A stretch of DNA of 64,000 nucleotides from Amoebidium appalachense (taxonomy: Eukaryota; Protista; Ichthyosporea). The notes under the pieces are model-generated. The model worked only from the letters and a program-made list of their open reading frames with translations. It searched no databases and was not told where the DNA came from. This document shows positions 63,062 to 64,000 of this stretch, piece by piece. Every line of letters starts with the position of its first letter. Within the stretch, counting starts at the first letter, position 1. The translations under genes and the position numbers were made by a program. The stretch covers positions 1,814,907 through 1,878,906 of the forward strand of contig CAVNZM010000001.1 of assembly GCA_963693365.1 (NCBI GenBank), in the 5' to 3' direction.

Positions 63062-63713
63062 ATTGGGGTTTTTTAACAAAGTCTTCTTGCAGGATGGTCA
63101 AGTCGTGCACTGTGACGGGTCCGCCGTCACAAGCAACAGTGCTGAAACGCCTCTCCGTGTAGTGGAATGGTTCTCCAGAAAAAAAAAGGGATCCCAGAAA
63201 TTATCGCGCCCTATTGAACGCAAACTCAACGAAAGCTCTAAGGATTGGCTTTTTCGCCTCGATGAAAATACACGCGCACACGCTGAAAATGCACATGCCC
63301 ACAATGCACGCACCCACGATGAAAATGCACGTGCCCACGATGAAAATGCACACTCCCAAGGTGAAAATGCAAGCACCCAAGAAACCCACAAGCAAACAAA
63401 TAATAAGGGGATGACGTATGATGTCTCGGGTTATATAGACATTTACAACGCACTCAAAGACATCACACCAGGAGATGGTCAACTACACGATTCTAAAACT
63501 AAAACGGAAATATTTCGTGCCGTGTTCCAAAGTTCCGTACGTGAGAAAAAGGGGTTCGATTCGACCTATAGGAAGGCATTTGTAATCGGTCGTCTGAACG
63601 AAGTGTTGGACACACTCACAAGTGACGGGTGTATAACGAGTGTGCTGGCCGACACCTTACTTCAGTCAGTCAGCTATGCCGCTCTCGACCGTATCAACGT
63701 GGATAAAAGCGAG
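63062..63713 (+). CDS. Candidate coding exon of an unknown protein with short ENA(R/H)AHD repeats
   Basis: Stop-free complex sequence bounded by pyrimidine-rich CATAG acceptor and GAG|GTATGG donor; no family recognised. Confidence 0.45.
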
Positions 63714-64000
63714 GTATGGGGAATGTTTTTATGTCATGATGTGTCGCTCCCTTCATAAACCCTCTCCCCCCCCCCCCCCCCCCCCCCCCCCCGGCAAAAG
63801 AAAAACATTGCACACGTTTTGCATACCGGGCTGGTGGACATGTGATGTCTCTCCCATCCACAAGTCTCCGTAGGTACACGTGGTAAAGCCAGGAGTAATG
63901 TTACACCAGCCAACTGATTAATGCCGCCCCAGGAGGTCATCAGGTCAATAGCCGATATGTTACGTGCCGGTGCCGGGGTGTGTGCAGATGATCATCCTTT

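Overview
Eukaryotic, TE-saturated region (no operons, rRNA or CRISPR). The first ~56 kb is a nested cluster of retroelements. It contains: four large copies plus solo and partial LTRs of one Ty1/copia family (called Copia-A here, with two LTR subtypes A and A'); a second copia family (Copia-B); remnants of further LTR families; a chromodomain Ty3/gypsy fragment; two tyrosine-recombinase-type retrotransposons (a Gag/YR-less RT-RNaseH-MT element at 9159-14007 and an Ngaro-like element with an intact YR ORF); a decayed piggyBac-like transposase; and a hAT-like MITE. One intact intronless glycosyltransferase-like gene lies at 49738-50847. The last 7 kb is low-complexity sequence with local duplications and candidate exons. 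Most notable: (i) the 9159-14007 element has split direct repeats but becomes a DIRS1-like ICR layout by one inversion between 15-bp inverted repeats; (ii) the copia families carry a discontinuous half-tRNA-iMet primer site plus a U5 motif complementary to the tRNA 5' end; (iii) near-identical Copia-A internal regions carry two divergent LTR types; (iv) both full Copia-A copies share a C10 frameshift between IN and RT. Stretches ~23.1-26.0, ~31.9-34.7 and ~37.4-37.7 kb look like poor-quality consensus. Family names are my labels; all alignments were done by eye.
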